Assembly (NCBI GenBank): GCA_030141605.1
Contig: JAQGDQ010000316.1
Span: 210,671 to 274,670, forward strand
Source: Tubiluchus corallicola
Lineage: Eukaryota > Animalia > Priapulida
Length of the DNA: 64,000 nt
Reading direction: 5' to 3'
Part shown: positions 49,693 to 63,874 of the stretch, in pieces
Numbering within the stretch: the stretch's first letter is position 1
Layout of the letters: the number at the start of each line of letters is the position of its first letter
The notes under the pieces: generated by a model
Seen by the model: only the letters and a program-made list of their open reading frames with translations
What the model was told of the DNA's origin: nothing
Databases searched by the model: none
Translations under genes and position numbers: made by a program

Positions 49693-50702
49693 AGAGAGAT
49701 CCTAAAAGGACATGAAAAAAAATTGTAGTCTTTCCCCCGAGTTACTAACTCGTTCCCCTGAGTTACTAACTCGTTCCTCTGACTTACTAACGCGTTCCCC
49801 CGAGTTACTAACTCGTTCCTCTGACTTACTAACGCGTTCCCCGAGTTACTAACTCGTTCCTCTGACTTACTAATGCATTCCCCCGAGTTACTAACTCGTT
49901 CCCCTGACTTACTAACGCGTTCCCCCGAGTTACTAACTCGTTCCCCTGAGTTACTAACGCGTTCCCCCGAGTTACTAACTCGTTCCCCTGAGTTACTAAC
50001 TCGTTCCCCTGACTTACTAACTCGTTCCCCTGAGTTACTAACTCGTTCCCCTGACTTACTAACGCGTTCCCCCGAGTTACTAACTCGTTCCCCTGAGTTA
50101 CTAACGCGTTCCCCCGAGTTACTAACTCGTTCCCCTGAGTTAGTAACTCGTTTCCCCTGAGTTAGTAACTTGTTCCATTGAATTATTAAGTCGTTCCCCT
50201 GAGTTATTAAATTTAATTCAAGTTTAAGCATTTCCAGGAATTAATATGGCGCATAGGTAACATTAATCATCAACTCGGGGGAATGACTTAGTAACTCGGA
50301 TAAACGATTTAGTAACTCATGGGAACGAATTAGTAACTCGGATAAACGACTTAGTAACAAAGGGAAACGACTTAGTAACTCGGATAAACGACTTAGTAAC
50401 TCGGATAAACGACTAAGTAACTCTGGGAAACGAATTAGTAACTCGGATAAACGACTAAGTAACTCTGGGAAAGTAACTCGTATAAACGACTTTGTAACTC
50501 GTGAGAACGACTAGGTAAGTAATTCGGATGAGCGACTTAGTAACTCGGGGAAACGACTTAGTATCTCGGATAAACGACTTAGTAACTCTGGAGAAACATT
50601 TAGTAACTCGGATGAATGATTTAACATCTGGGGGAACGTCTTAGTAACACCCGGGGAATCACTGAAAATATTTCCTCTTATGTCCCTTTAGAAGCTCTGT
50701 AC
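49693..50702. mobile_element. MITE with inverted arrays of a 21-bp subterminal repeat
   Basis: GAGTTACTAACTCGTTCCCCT repeated over 49738-50205; the diverged complement is repeated over 50275-50650. Terminal CTAAAAGGACAT / ATGTCCCTTTAG. Confidence 0.8.
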
Positions 50703-52032
50703 TATGTAAATCTGCACTGTGTATTGCAATACAGCAGTTCCATGACGTAGACTATTATAGTTTAGCAAACCTCTTATAAAAGCTTCATTACACATTTTCT
50801 GTTGAACTAAATCAGATCTTTAAAAATTACGGCATGCAATTTCAATAGGCAAGGCATCGATTTCAATATTGATTGTCTCTTCATACTTATTAAATTTTAA
50901 TGTGAAATTATGGTATTTCTGCCAGCATTTGCAGACGTAATTCCTGAGTAGCTGAAACAGATCTCGTTTATCGAAGTGTAAATAGCAGAGATAAGCTGCG
51001 GTGTAGAAAACTTTCCATGGAGAATTTAAAAAACACTAAGCAAACATGATTCGAAAAGGGGGTCAAGAGAGAAAGAACCAGCCCATCAAAGATCAGCGCA
51101 TTTCTAATTGTCTACGTCAGCAATCTATGATATATCGATAAAATATCATTTCCTTGGTTTTTGCATGTAGACCACGTGACCACAATTTGCGCTATTGAAA
51201 ATTTGTGGTTGGGCTCCAAACTTTCCACTAGAAACTAGTTTGCCCCGAAACGCTTTTAATAGCACCTGGTTTGACCACAGTTCTGTAATGGTTTGACCAC
51301 AGTTCTGTAATTATAAATCTGATCACGTTTAGAAGGAAGAAACCGAAGATGTTATTAAAATAGGCGCCCTCATTTAAAAGTTTATAAAGAAAATTTGTTA
51401 GCTTAATGTTAAAATGTTGTCGCGTTAAAAACAATATTTGGAACATTGCTTTACATGATTTGCTACACAAGAAAACAACTAATGACAATTGTCTAATGAA
51501 TATAATGTGAAAGTCATGTTTGAGGTTGTAGTTGAACACTTTGTAGAAAAAGAATAAAACACTAAACTACATATCTGCACAAAACAGTTAACAAAGTTAG
51601 TTAGTTAAACTCTATTAATTTAGTTAATAGATGGCAGCACCTAAAAATATACAGTTACAATTTCCACATATAAACTTAGATTTTGTAAAGTATTTTATTC
51701 ATGATGGCAGTGAGGTCACCTCTCAATGGATTTTTGAAGCGCTGCTAGATTTATAGAGTAAAGAGGACCTGTTAAACTATGTTAAAAGCATTAGATTATG
51801 ATAGATAATTATGTTGACGAATCCTGGTCGCGGCACCAGTAAAAATAATTCGTTGTATTGGTTGCTTGGCATTACTATCTGTTATATTTTTGAATTTCTA
51901 GTTGCACTTACTTATAGTTTAGCTTGCACCAGACGCATTTGCCCAGAACAGTGAATGTTTTTATATGAACTAACACTGATTGTCTGTCTTCTATTATGAT
52001 GGTCAATGTTTTAAAATGGCAAATAAAGATTT

Positions 52033-52128
<96 letters not shown>

Positions 52129-52130
52129 CA

Positions 52131-52164
<34 letters not shown>

Positions 52165-53082
52165 ATATTTATTGTGGTTGATGTTTAATAAACGTGTAGT
52201 TTTATAATGAGACTCTTCATAGTTTTGCCACTCCTAAAACACCAATAATCAGCTTCACACAACCAATACAACGAATCATTTTTACTTATAGTCTTTTCCC
52301 ATCCCTTAAATGAGGTGGTTTTAAACTTCAAGAGCTTTTTCTATTTTATTATCATCAACATTATTATTATATATGTTACTTATGTATACATATGTTATTA
52401 TTTTTTCATGATACGCTAGCTGTATCTATACTAAAATTATATAATTTTGTTACTTGTTATGTGTGTTTTTTGGCTCTATAGCTATAATGTAATATATCTG
52501 TTTTGTACTTTTGTATTTTGTTGTTGCATTGTTTCATTGTTGTTGCATTGTTGTACTGTAATGTATATGCCACTACTAAATTCTGTATGCATGTATATAC
52601 CGAATTCAATATTGACTACGAATGTTATTACACATGATGAGGTTCATTACACTTGGCGTTATAAGTAAACTGGCTGAAATTCCGGGTCTAACTAGATTTG
52701 ACTAGTTAGCGTACTATGATAAGATAAATAAACTGCTATAGTTCATAACTATGCGTACTATTGCGTGGAGGTATACCGTATAAGAAAGAAAATGCAATAT
52801 AGATAATAATCTTTATTTGCCATAAAAAATCGATATTCATAATTATGAAAGCATGAAAGAACATCGCAGCATGAGAATAAAATTCATACAACTGATAAAG
52901 GCAAATGCGTCCAGGGACAAGGGTTCAAATTTGACCTTTTACTGCTGCACAAAGTATGTTAGCTAGATGGACACTTGTAGGAAAAGCTGTTGGACTGTTT
53001 TAAAAATTCCAAGGTTAACGGTCATTCAAAGGTTAAAAAAGGAAAAAACGAATTAAATGCATCATTCATTAAAGCAGTTAGG

Positions 53083-53613
53083 TGGCATCCTTCTGTCTCG
53101 GAAGACAATGGAGTGTGCGCTCCAAGAGAGTCAGTTATTGATCACATTGATGGAGCTGCAGCGTCGACTGTGGCTGACCAGTGCGATCATTGAACGTCTC
53201 CAGGGCGCACGCCTGGGCAAGGTGTATGGAGATCCTGAGTTGTCCAGACGACAGGAACCTCCCCTCTCTTCCTCCCTGGTGTAGTCCAAAGGAAAGCGGA
53301 GCGGCACCAAGTTGGCTGCAAGAGCTGCCGCAGTCAGTGAGCATGCTGCACTAGTCCGCCTTCGGGGCTCCACTCCTGATTTGGAAGGTTTACTCCTCTA
53401 CACATGGCCGTTGGGTCACTTGACCTCCTCTGCCCTCTAGCCGCTGGCTGCCTTGTGCAGCTCTTCCGCCTAGTGTCAAGATACAGAGTGGGCATCCCGC
53501 AAGCCTACAGCACCTGGTATTCCTATCACCCATCCAAGTACTAACCAGGGTCTACGTTGCTTAACTTCGGTGATCAGACGAGAACCGGTATTTTCAACGT
53601 GATATGGCCGTAG
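53083..53613 (-). mobile_element. 5S rRNA-derived SINE, second copy
   Basis: 5S-like head at 53501-53613 plus a body homologous to 42142-42540. Confidence 0.88.
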
Positions 53614-53899
53614 TGATTCTTTATATATCTTCAATATTGTGTAACTATCGTGTATATGAGGAGGCGAAGTCTGCTGTGCTAATAATAAAAGTAACAGTAA
53701 AATTCTTACTGTTTGAAGAATGTAGGTGTCTATATGGTTTTCATCGCTGCCCATGTGACAGTAAACAATCAAGGCTTGTAGTCAACCAGATTTTTAGCCT
53801 TTCCACGTATTTGACTCAAGCTGTAAATTAGTCAGAACAAGTACATTTTCTCAGTCAATAACAACACAAATATAGGTATAATAAAGAAAGTATAAAGAT

Positions 53900-54182
53900 T
53901 AGTCTGGTGTTAACGCGTCTGCTTTCCGTCTGGGAAGTCGAGAGTTCGAACCAGCGGCCGGGTCATACCAGAGACTTTAAAAATGGTACCTGCTGTTGCC
54001 CTGCCTGACGCGTGGTATTTAGGTTGAAAGTGGGGTGATAATAGTCTCTGTTATGTAGTTGTAGGTTGTTATTTACAGTCGGCGATAATAGCTCTGTGAG
54101 CTAATGTTAACTGTTGACCCAAAAGCCGACTTTAAATAAAGATTATTATTATTATTATTATCATCATCATCATCAGCAGCAG

Positions 54183-54217
<35 letters not shown>

Positions 54218-54255
54218 CCATCATCATCATCATTATTATTATTATTATTATTAAT
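53900..54255 (+). mobile_element. tRNA-derived SINE, second copy
   Basis: Homologous to 19995-20279; (ATT/ATC)n tail. Confidence 0.85.
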
Positions 54256-54747
54256 ATTAAAGCAGAAATTGATAAATTTATAAAATAAACAAATAACACA
54301 GCTTTATTAAAACTTCCAATTCACACTCCAAGTCAAAAATCACGCCAATGTTTCTACAGACTACTGCTGACATAATCAATGGTTAACTACTGCATAGTTT
54401 ACTCTATCAATTTCTTTACTGGTCTGCTTATTCATTACCTGTTTGACTTCTGTGAACTACATAATTAGTGAAAAATGATCTATACTGCAGACACTGCCTA
54501 CATAAACTGGTTGTATGTTTGTAAAAATTTACCACTGATGATGAAAGCAGTAGTCTGTCGAAACGTTTGGCGTGATTTTTGACTATATGAATTGGAAGTT
54601 TTAATTAAGTTGAGGTATTTTGACTATAAATACTTTTAAGTGCCTGTAATAAAAAAATAAGCAAATAACATCCAAATAAACAGAAACTGTAAGCAATAGA
54701 GGTGAGTCATACTGTAGATATTGAAGTTCATTGTTATTTTTTTGCAG

Positions 54748-54825
54748 ATAAAATGTGTGACCAAATCAGCGATGCTGTATTGGATGCTCATCTTAAACAA
54801 GATCCAGAAGCTAAGGTAGCTTGTG
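54748..54825 (+). CDS. MAT: MAT exon 2
   Basis: ttgcag|(D)[26 protein letters not shown]|gtaagt; 78 nt. Confidence 0.95.
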
Positions 54826-55715
54826 GTAAGTGGCGCCGAAATATTCTGCCGATGTGAAACTTCTTTAGAAAATCCTCGTCATTACTCATGTATTGACACT
54901 ATCAATCTATTTTCCGCTCACGTATTAATGATGTTAGCACATTGCTGTTTGGTAATTCGTCTTACCCAGTGGCACTTAATAATGATATTATATTGTCGGT
55001 TATTCGATTCGTTATTCATACTAGACGATTCACATGATCTTACACATCCATAGTCTTGACTTTCATAACTTAATTACTCTGAGTTCCTGTCTCGCACGGT
55101 GCGATAGTCGTAGCGAGTGCGCTGTAGTGTGCGCGTGTTGGAAAGTAGAGAGAAAAGAAATTTTTATCGTAGCAGAAGCAAGATGGCGTAAAAACGTGGT
55201 AGTTTATTATAATACATTTTATTTTTGAATTTAACGGTAAATAAAGCAGTTAAACCATAAAGATTGTGTTATTTTTAATTTGTGATGAAATGGCTGCGTC
55301 TAACAGCATCTCACTTTGCGTCATCTCAAATCACCTTCATTAATCATCTACGACATTCACCCATATTCGTGTTTTTTTCCTGTTTTATTATTGATAATCG
55401 ATATGAAAACTTAAAGAGCATTGTGTGCTAAATTGTATTGAACGATGAAACATTTTATGGTGGCTTTAACATAGGTTGTTCTGAACCTGTTAGCCAATCT
55501 TTTTAACATTCTATTGTATTTTCTCTTCAAGTGCATGTATGTTGTATATAAGAATTGTTTGTTAATAAAAAACTGTTTAAACCAAAAGCCAGTTTAAGCC
55601 AATACTGATTTTGTCAGGGTTTACCAAAATTAACCCATTTAGTATCACTTATATTTTAAATCACTGTTCTAATTTTAAATTGTTCATTCATATTGTAATT
55701 ACTAAATTTTAAAGA

Positions 55716-56290
55716 TCACATAGCAGAAATCATAAAGAGTGCCAAACGAAACAATGCTTTAATAAGGAGGAATTTCAAGTACCTAGATCTGCAAACTTTC
55801 AAGCTTATATATGTGGCACTTGTGCGATCAAAAGTGGAGTATGGAAGTAGTATTTGGAATAGTCCTAGGGCATATATAGTGGACCCAGTCGAAACTGCCC
55901 AAATGAGAGCTTTCAACATGTTACCGGAACTAATGAACTTGACGTATGAAAGTCAGTTAAAACGAATAGGTTTAACTACATTAGCTTTTAGACGTTTACG
56001 TGGCCAACTAATTGATGTATACAAATATGTATCTGGAGTTTACAGCTGTGATGATTGTCCTGTTAAATTAGAAGTACATCGTACAGCAAGATCAGGTCCT
56101 ATTCTTCATAAATCAAGAACTGCACACAAAACTGGTAAATACGACTATTTTTCTTGTACGATGCCAGAAATCTGGAATCTGGATTGCCCTGTGATGTGAG
56201 AACAGCAACATCTGTAAATTTATTTAAATCAAAATTAGATAGACACTATGAACATCATCCATTGAAATTTAATCACCGTGCTAATTGGAA
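55716..56290 (+). mobile_element. CR1-like LINE 3' fragment
   Basis: LYVALVRSKVEYGSSIWN...LTYESQLKRIGLTTLAFRRLRGQLIDVYK...IWNL. Confidence 0.88.
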
Positions 56291-56448
56291 CATGCCTATA
56301 ACAAGGATGCTGGATTACATATTATAGTGAGAAAACTTGCCAGTGGAGTCACCTAGGTGTTGATGACAATCTATTAAATGTGCAATTTGTCGCAATTACA
56401 GTCGAAGAACTATTTGTCTCAAAAGTTATATTATAACTACTGGAGATT

Positions 56449-56480
<32 letters not shown>

Positions 56481-57291
56481 ATTGCATTTTTTCTCTCTTT
56501 CTTTTGTGTTGCTTTAATTGTATTTTTGCGTACTAGTTTTAAATCACCTTTTGCATTTGTAAATTTTTATTTATTTATTAAATACATCCACAACGATCAT
56601 TACAGCACTGCACATAAAAGTATTTAATAACATATTTATTATTATGTGCACAAGATGCCAAGCCGCAAATGACCCGTGGGGTACTCAAGAAGTAATTACT
56701 TGTTCAGAGCACCCCAAATGAATGTGGATTGAGTGTAATAGAAAAGAGCAGTAAAGGAGTAGAAAAGAAAGGTTAACAGGGAATAGAAAGAAGGAGAAAG
56801 ATGTGATGGTATATCTGTATGAAGTGAACTATAGAAATGTAAAAAATTGACATAGCCAGCAACGCGATGGATTCCGACAGGGGACAGCAGCGTAATTAGT
56901 CAAATTGTCATATAATTTATTCTGTATAATTAGAAAAAATTTCACTTTTAAGATTTCTTTTGAAGTTATTTATAGATAAAGAATTTTTTATGTATTCGTT
57001 GATGTTATTCCAAAGTCTAGGGCCAGTGTTAGTGAAAAGGGGCCTTGCCTTGTCAGTTCTGCAATACTTAATAAGATATTCATTAGATCTTGTAATGTGT
57101 TAATGTGAGTAATGTCTTACGTTAATAGATAATGGGTTTAAAAAGAAAGTGGGAAGAAGTTTGTGTTTGGTTTTGTAGACAGTGCAGGAAATGGTATGTT
57201 TGATACATTGTATTAAGTAATGATCCTCTGTTTTACAAAGGACGAAACCGTAAATGAATGAAGAAAATGTAAGTTTTATTTTATTTTTCAG

Positions 57292-57414
57292 AAACAGTGA
57301 CAAAAACAGGCATGGTGATGATATGTGGCGAGATCACGTCAAACGCCATCATTGATTATCAGAAAGTTATACGGGACACCGTCCGGCACATCGGTTATGA
57401 TGATTCGGGAAAAG
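57292..57414 (+). CDS. MAT: MAT exon 3
   Basis: tttcag|(E)[41 protein letters not shown]|gtaggc; 123 nt. Confidence 0.95.
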
Positions 57415-57430
57415 GTAGGCAAGTTATTAA

Positions 57431-58225
57431 CTGAGGACTATGCTTTTTCTCAACCTGTCTATGTTGCTTCCTGAGGACTTTGCTTTTTCTCAACCTGTCT
57501 ATGTTATTTCCTGAGGACTTTACTTCTTCCCAACCTGTCTATGTTGCTTCCTGAGGACTTTGCTTTTTCTCAAATTGTCTATGTTGTTTCCTGAGGACTT
57601 TGCTTTTTCTCAACCTGTCTATGTTGTTTCGTGAGGACTTTGCTTTTTCTCAACCTGTCTATATTGTTTCCTGAGGACTTTGCTTTTTCTCAACCCGTCT
57701 ATGTTGTTTCCTGAAGACTTTGCTTTTTCTCAACCTGTTTATGTTGTTTCCAGAGGACTTTGCTTTTTCTCAACCTGTTTATGTTGTTTCCAGAGGACTT
57801 TGCTTTTTCTCAACCTGTTTATGTTGTTTCCCGAGGACTTTGCTTTTTCTCAACCTGTCTATGTTGTTTCCTGAGGACTTTGCTTTTTCTCAACCTGTCT
57901 ATGTTGTTTCCTGAGGACTTTGCTTTTTCTCAACCTGTCTATGTTGTTTCCTGAGGACTTTACTTTTTCTCAACCTGTTTATGTTGTTTCCAGAGGACTT
58001 TGCTTTTTCTCAACCTGTTTATGTTGTTTCCTGAGGACTTTGCTTTTTCTCAACCTGTCTATGTTGTTTCCTGAGGACTTTACTTCTTTCTTAATCGGCT
58101 ATGTTGTTTCCTGAGGACTTTGCTTCTTCTCAACCTGTCTATGTTGTTTCCCGAGGACTTTGCTTTTTCTCAACCTGTCTATGTTGTTTCCTGAGGACTT
58201 TACTTCTTTCTTAATCGGCTATGTT
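57431..58225. repeat. 40-bp minisatellite, about 20 copies
   Basis: CTGAGGACTTTGCTTTTTCTCAACCTGTCTATGTTGTTTC. Confidence 0.97.
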
Positions 58226-58890
58226 TTAAATTTGTTTCCTCAGTTTACAGTAGTCACAAAGATTGGGGAGACAGCTTGTATGTACATACAACATGACTTC
58301 AGAACTGAAATGTATCAAATTCCTTGTTGCGTTTTGATGAAATTTGATGCAGAATGGACTTTGTAAGCTGGCAAGTGTAGTATCATGGTTGTCTGCTACA
58401 CTTTTGTCAGATGGAAAACGTCTCATGGCATAATCCAATACACTTTGAATTTATGAATCATATTTCTTATCACGCCTATCGAGTGGTGAATGCAGCTGGT
58501 GTATTGCACCAGAATCCAGCGCCAGGTCCAGGGGCCATGGAAAAGGGCCCGAAAGGCACATTCGTTTATGAAATAATGCTGTATATTATGCTAATAAAAC
58601 ATCCTAGTTGTAGATCACTGATGATTTGGAAATTATGAATTCTTTGCGCAGCAAACGACTTTGGATTTCGCAAACGTTAATTTTTTACTTCTCACGATGC
58701 ATTGTCATCACCAAAAAGTCACAGTCATCACGTTTTTCTAGGTTTTCCACAGCACTGCATTCTTCTTCCTCAGAGTAATCATAATTATCATAATCTGTGC
58801 TTAATCGCCGAAACAGATCATGGTGTCTAGTCTACCATTTGCAGTCTGCACGTCCAGTCTGTACGTATTGGCAGTTTCAAAACCGGGTTA

Positions 58891-58926
<36 letters not shown>

Positions 58927-59769
58927 AAATCTTTATTGAAAATTATACAATAAGCCCTCTATTTGCAGGGCACAAAAGTACAAAAATGTTAAATAAGTCT
59001 TTACACTATGTACATTAAATAAATTTCTTACTAAACAAGCTGACAATTTTGCATTATGATTTAATTATTCTAAACATATATCCAATATTTATAATCAATG
59101 TATAGTCAATTTACTATAAGATCATTTTGGGTTAGTTCTTTCACAATATCTATATACATTTTAATTACATTAGTGTCTCTCTTTCTGTAAATGTTTCGAA
59201 TGTCATTATTTTCTAAGCTGCGTTCGAGATTCACTCTTTTATCTTGTCTAACCGAATGGTAACGGACAATGAAAAATTAAATGTTCTGGGGTTTGACTGC
59301 CCAAACCGCAAACACACAGATCTGAATCAGTTATTCCTATCCTGTATTTAAATGATTTGCAACCTCTTCCAAGTAGAAGAACTAACGCACTTGTTTCTAT
59401 AAATCTGTCATATTTACTGACTGGTATATCTAATGGTGTTGTAAATACAGGAATTAACTCTCGTGGATAACCGGGTTATAATCACCAAACCTTTCAATCA
59501 GTGTAGGCTTTCCACATTTATATTGCTTTGTGTTTCTTGTAGACAAAACTATTTGCTTTATTTGCCGTGAGATGGCGCTGAGAAATAATGTATAAAGTGT
59601 TTTTTTTCTCATTTTTTCTTTAGAAATTCCAATAGTTCCAGCACTAAATTCAGTTTTAAAACAGCAGTTGTCTATTTTGTTTGTTTGCAATTATATCTAC
59701 GGTCAGTAATCATTTAGCACTGTCACAGATGCAATTTGGCTTGAAAGTTTTTTTAATGTTCTTTTCTAG

Positions 59770-59882
59770 GTTTCGATTACCATACATGCAATGTACTAAT
59801 CGCCATCGAGCAACAACCATGGGACATAGCGCAGGCGGTCCATCATGATAGACATGAGGACGATATTGGTGCTGGAGATCAG
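59770..59882 (+). CDS. MAT: MAT exon 4
   Basis: ttctag|(G)[37 protein letters not shown]|gtgggt; GAGDQG signature; 113 nt. Confidence 0.95.
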
Positions 59883-60008
59883 GTGGGTAAATCCTTGCAA
59901 AGCCATACATAAATATCATTTGCTGTATAGTAGCAACAGGCGCTTAACTTTGGAAAAGGATAGTCATCGTAAACATTCACTTATTTACCAGATTTTGGGT
60001 GTAAATGG

Positions 60009-60029
60009 ACACACACACACGCACGCATG

Positions 60030-60060
<31 letters not shown>

Positions 60061-60205
60061 ACACGCACGCACGCATGCACGCACACACACACGCATGCAC
60101 GCACGCACGCACACACACACACACGCATACACACATACATACACACACACACGCACACGCACACACACACACACACACACGCACGCACGCACGCACGCAC
60201 ACACA
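60009..60205. repeat. (CA)n/(CACG)n microsatellite
   Basis: Directly visible. Confidence 0.95.
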
Positions 60206-60411
60206 GAGACAGTGTATAAAGTATAACTCACAGCTGACCCGAATTCACCTCAAGAAATAGCTGAATGGTTTTTGCATTCTGTTTTTCATCTTTGGTGAGG
60301 CTTTCTTGTATTATATCTTGGTTGCTTGTGTGCATTACTGCGAAATAGCCATAGTCAGTTAGTTAGTTGAAAGTCTATTCAAAAACAGCACAACTAGTAC
60401 ACAATTACGTA

Positions 60412-61513
60412 TTCACAATAAAAAAGTAACTTGCAATCAACTACCCAGAGTGTGAATCAACGATACCGGAGATTCACAACAAGAAAGTAACATGCAATCA
60501 ACTGCCCAGAGTGTGAATCAACGATACAGGAGATTCACAACAAGAAAGTAACATGCAATCAACGGCCCAGAGTGTGAATCAACGATACCGGAGATTCACA
60601 ACAAGAAAGTAACATGCAATCAACTGCCCAGAGTGTGAATCAACGATACCGGAGATTCACAACAAGAAAGTAACATGCAATCAACTGCCCAGAGTGTGAA
60701 TCAACGATTCCGGAGATTCACAACAAGAAAGTAACATGCAATCAACAGCCCAGTGTGTCAATCAACGATACCGGAGATTCACAACAAGAAAGTAACATGC
60801 AATCAACTGCCCAGAGTGTGAATCAACGATACCGGAGATTCACGACAAGAAAGTAACATGCAATCAACTGTCCAGAGTGTCAATCAATGATACCGGAGAT
60901 TCACAACAAGAAAGTAACATGCAATCAACTGTCCAGAGTGTGAATCAACGATTCCGGAGATTCACAACAAGAAAGTAACATGCAATCAACTGCCCAGAGT
61001 GTGAATCAACGATACCGGAGATTCACAACAAGAAAGTAACATGCAATCAACTGTCCAGAGTGTGAATCAACGATTCCGGAGATTCACAACAAGAAAGTAA
61101 CATGCAATCAACAGCCCAGTGTGTCAATCAATGATACCGGAGATTCACAACAAGAAAGTAACATGCAATCAACTGTCCAGAGTGTGAATCAACGATACCG
61201 GAGATTCACAACAAGAAAGTAACATGCAATCAACTGCCCAGAGTGTGAATCAACGATACCGGAGATTCACAACAAGAAAGTAACATGCAATCAACTGTCC
61301 AGAGTGTGAATCAACGATTCCGGAGATTCACAACAAGAAAGTAACATGCAATCAACAGCCCAGTGTGTCAATCAATGATACCGGAGATTCACAACAAGAA
61401 AGTAACATGCAATCAACTGTCCAGAGTGTGAATCAACGATACCGGAGATTCACAACAAGAAAGTAACATGCAATCAACAGCCCAGAGTGTGAATCAATGA
61501 CACAGGAGATTCA
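60412..61513. repeat. 61-bp minisatellite, about 18 copies
   Basis: TTCACAACAAGAAAGTAACATGCAATCAACTGCCCAGAGTGTGAATCAACGATACCGGAGA. Confidence 0.97.
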
Positions 61514-61605
61514 GTCACTAAATCAACAAGTCACTGTACCTATTCGTACCAAATCAAAAACAATTCTCTCATAACTAGTAATCACGTATTAATATTAATA
61601 TTCTT

Positions 61606-61640
<35 letters not shown>

Positions 61641-61714
61641 TTATTTATATATATATAAGATTCGAGGCTACAGCCCGGACGAGGGCACCATTTGCGGCGA
61701 TCTGTATATCAAAC

Positions 61715-63838
61715 GAAAGGTTAACAGGGAATAGAAAGAAGGAGAAAGATGTGATGGTATATCTGTATGAAGTGAACTATAGAAATGTAAAAAATTGACA
61801 TAGCCAGCAACGCGATGGATTCCGACAGGGGACAGCAGCGTAATTAGTCAAATTGTCATATAATTTATTCTGTATAATTAGAAAAAATTTCACTTTTAAG
61901 ATTTCTTTTGAAGTTATTTATAGATAAAGAATTTTTTATGTATTCGTTGATGTTATTCCAAAGTCTAGGGCCAGTGTTAGTGAAAAGGGGCCTTGCCTTG
62001 TCAGTTCTGCAATACTTAATAAGATATTCATTAGATCTTGTAATGTGTTAATGTGAGTAATGTCTTACGTTAATAGATAATGGGTTTAAAAAGAAAGTGG
62101 GAAGAAGTTTGTGTTTGGTTTTGTAGACAGTGCAGGAAATGGTATGTTTGATACATTGTATTAAGTAATGATCCTCTGTTTTACAAAGGACGAAACCGTA
62201 AATGAATGAAGAAAATGTAAGTTTTATTTTATTTTTCAGAAACAGTGACAAAAACAGGCATGGTGATGATATGTGGCGAGATCACGTCAAACGCCATCAT
62301 TGATTATCAGAAAGTTATACGGGACACCGTCCGGCACATCGGTTATGATGATTCGGGAAAAGGTAGGCAAGTTATTAACTGAGGACTATGCTTTTTCTCA
62401 ACCTGTCTATGTTGCTTCCTGAGGACTTTGCTTTTTCTCAACCTGTCTATGTTATTTCCTGAGGACTTTACTTCTTCCCAACCTGTCTATGTTGCTTCCT
62501 GAGGACTTTGCTTTTTCTCAAATTGTCTATGTTGTTTCCTGAGGACTTTGCTTTTTCTCAACCTGTCTATGTTGTTTCGTGAGGACTTTGCTTTTTCTCA
62601 ACCTGTCTATATTGTTTCCTGAGGACTTTGCTTTTTCTCAACCCGTCTATGTTGTTTCCTGAAGACTTTGCTTTTTCTCAACCTGTTTATGTTGTTTCCA
62701 GAGGACTTTGCTTTTTCTCAACCTGTTTATGTTGTTTCCAGAGGACTTTGCTTTTTCTCAACCTGTTTATGTTGTTTCCCGAGGACTTTGCTTTTTCTCA
62801 ACCTGTCTATGTTGTTTCCTGAGGACTTTGCTTTTTCTCAACCTGTCTATGTTGTTTCCTGAGGACTTTGCTTTTTCTCAACCTGTCTATGTTGTTTCCT
62901 GAGGACTTTACTTTTTCTCAACCTGTTTATGTTGTTTCCAGAGGACTTTGCTTTTTCTCAACCTGTTTATGTTGTTTCCTGAGGACTTTGCTTTTTCTCA
63001 ACCTGTCTATGTTGTTTCCTGAGGACTTTACTTCTTTCTTAATCGGCTATGTTGTTTCCTGAGGACTTTGCTTCTTCTCAACCTGTCTATGTTGTTTCCC
63101 GAGGACTTTGCTTTTTCTCAACCTGTCTATGTTGTTTCCTGAGGACTTTACTTCTTTCTTAATCGGCTATGTTTTAAATTTGTTTCCTCAGTTTACAGTA
63201 GTCACAAAGATTGGGGAGACAGCTTGTATGTACATACAACATGACTTCAGAACTGAAATGTATCAAATTCCTTGTTGCGTTTTGATGAAATTTGATGCAG
63301 AATGGACTTTGTAAGCTGGCAAGTGTAGTATCATGGTTGTCTGCTACACTTTTGTCAGATGGAAAACGTCTCATGGCATAATCCAATACACTTTGAATTT
63401 ATGAATCATATTTCTTATCACGCCTATCGAGTGGTGAATGCAGCTGGTGTATTGCACCAGAATCCAGCGCCAGGTCCAGGGGCCATGGAAAAGGGCCCGA
63501 AAGGCACATTCGTTTATGAAATAATGCTGTATATTATGCTAATAAAACATCCTAGTTGTAGATCACTGATGATTTGGAAATTATGAATTCTTTGCGCAGC
63601 AAACGACTTTGGATTTCGCAAACGTTAATTTTTTACTTCTCACGATGCATTGTCATCACCAAAAAGTCACAGTCATCACGTTTTTCTAGGTTTTCCACAG
63701 CACTGCATTCTTCTTCCTCAGAGTAATCATAATTATCATAATCTGTGCTTAATCGCCGAAACAGATCATGGTGTCTAGTCTACCATTTGCAGTCTGCACG
63801 TCCAGTCTGTACGTATTGGCAGTTTCAAAACCGGGTTA

Positions 63839-63874
<36 letters not shown>

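Larger units (their letters stand above)
56767..61714 (+). repeat. Tandem duplication unit 1 (4948 bp)
   Basis: Sequence from 56767 recurs from 61715 to the window end at offset 4948; the ORF track repeats identically. Confidence 0.93.

Noticed and set aside
49668-50231. 187-aa SNSGERV-repeat protein
   Set aside because: It is a translation of the 21-bp subterminal repeat of a MITE.
60412-61513. CRISPR-like array in the 61-bp (and 40-bp, 74-bp) repeats
   Set aside because: Head-to-tail repeats without unique spacers are ordinary minisatellites.
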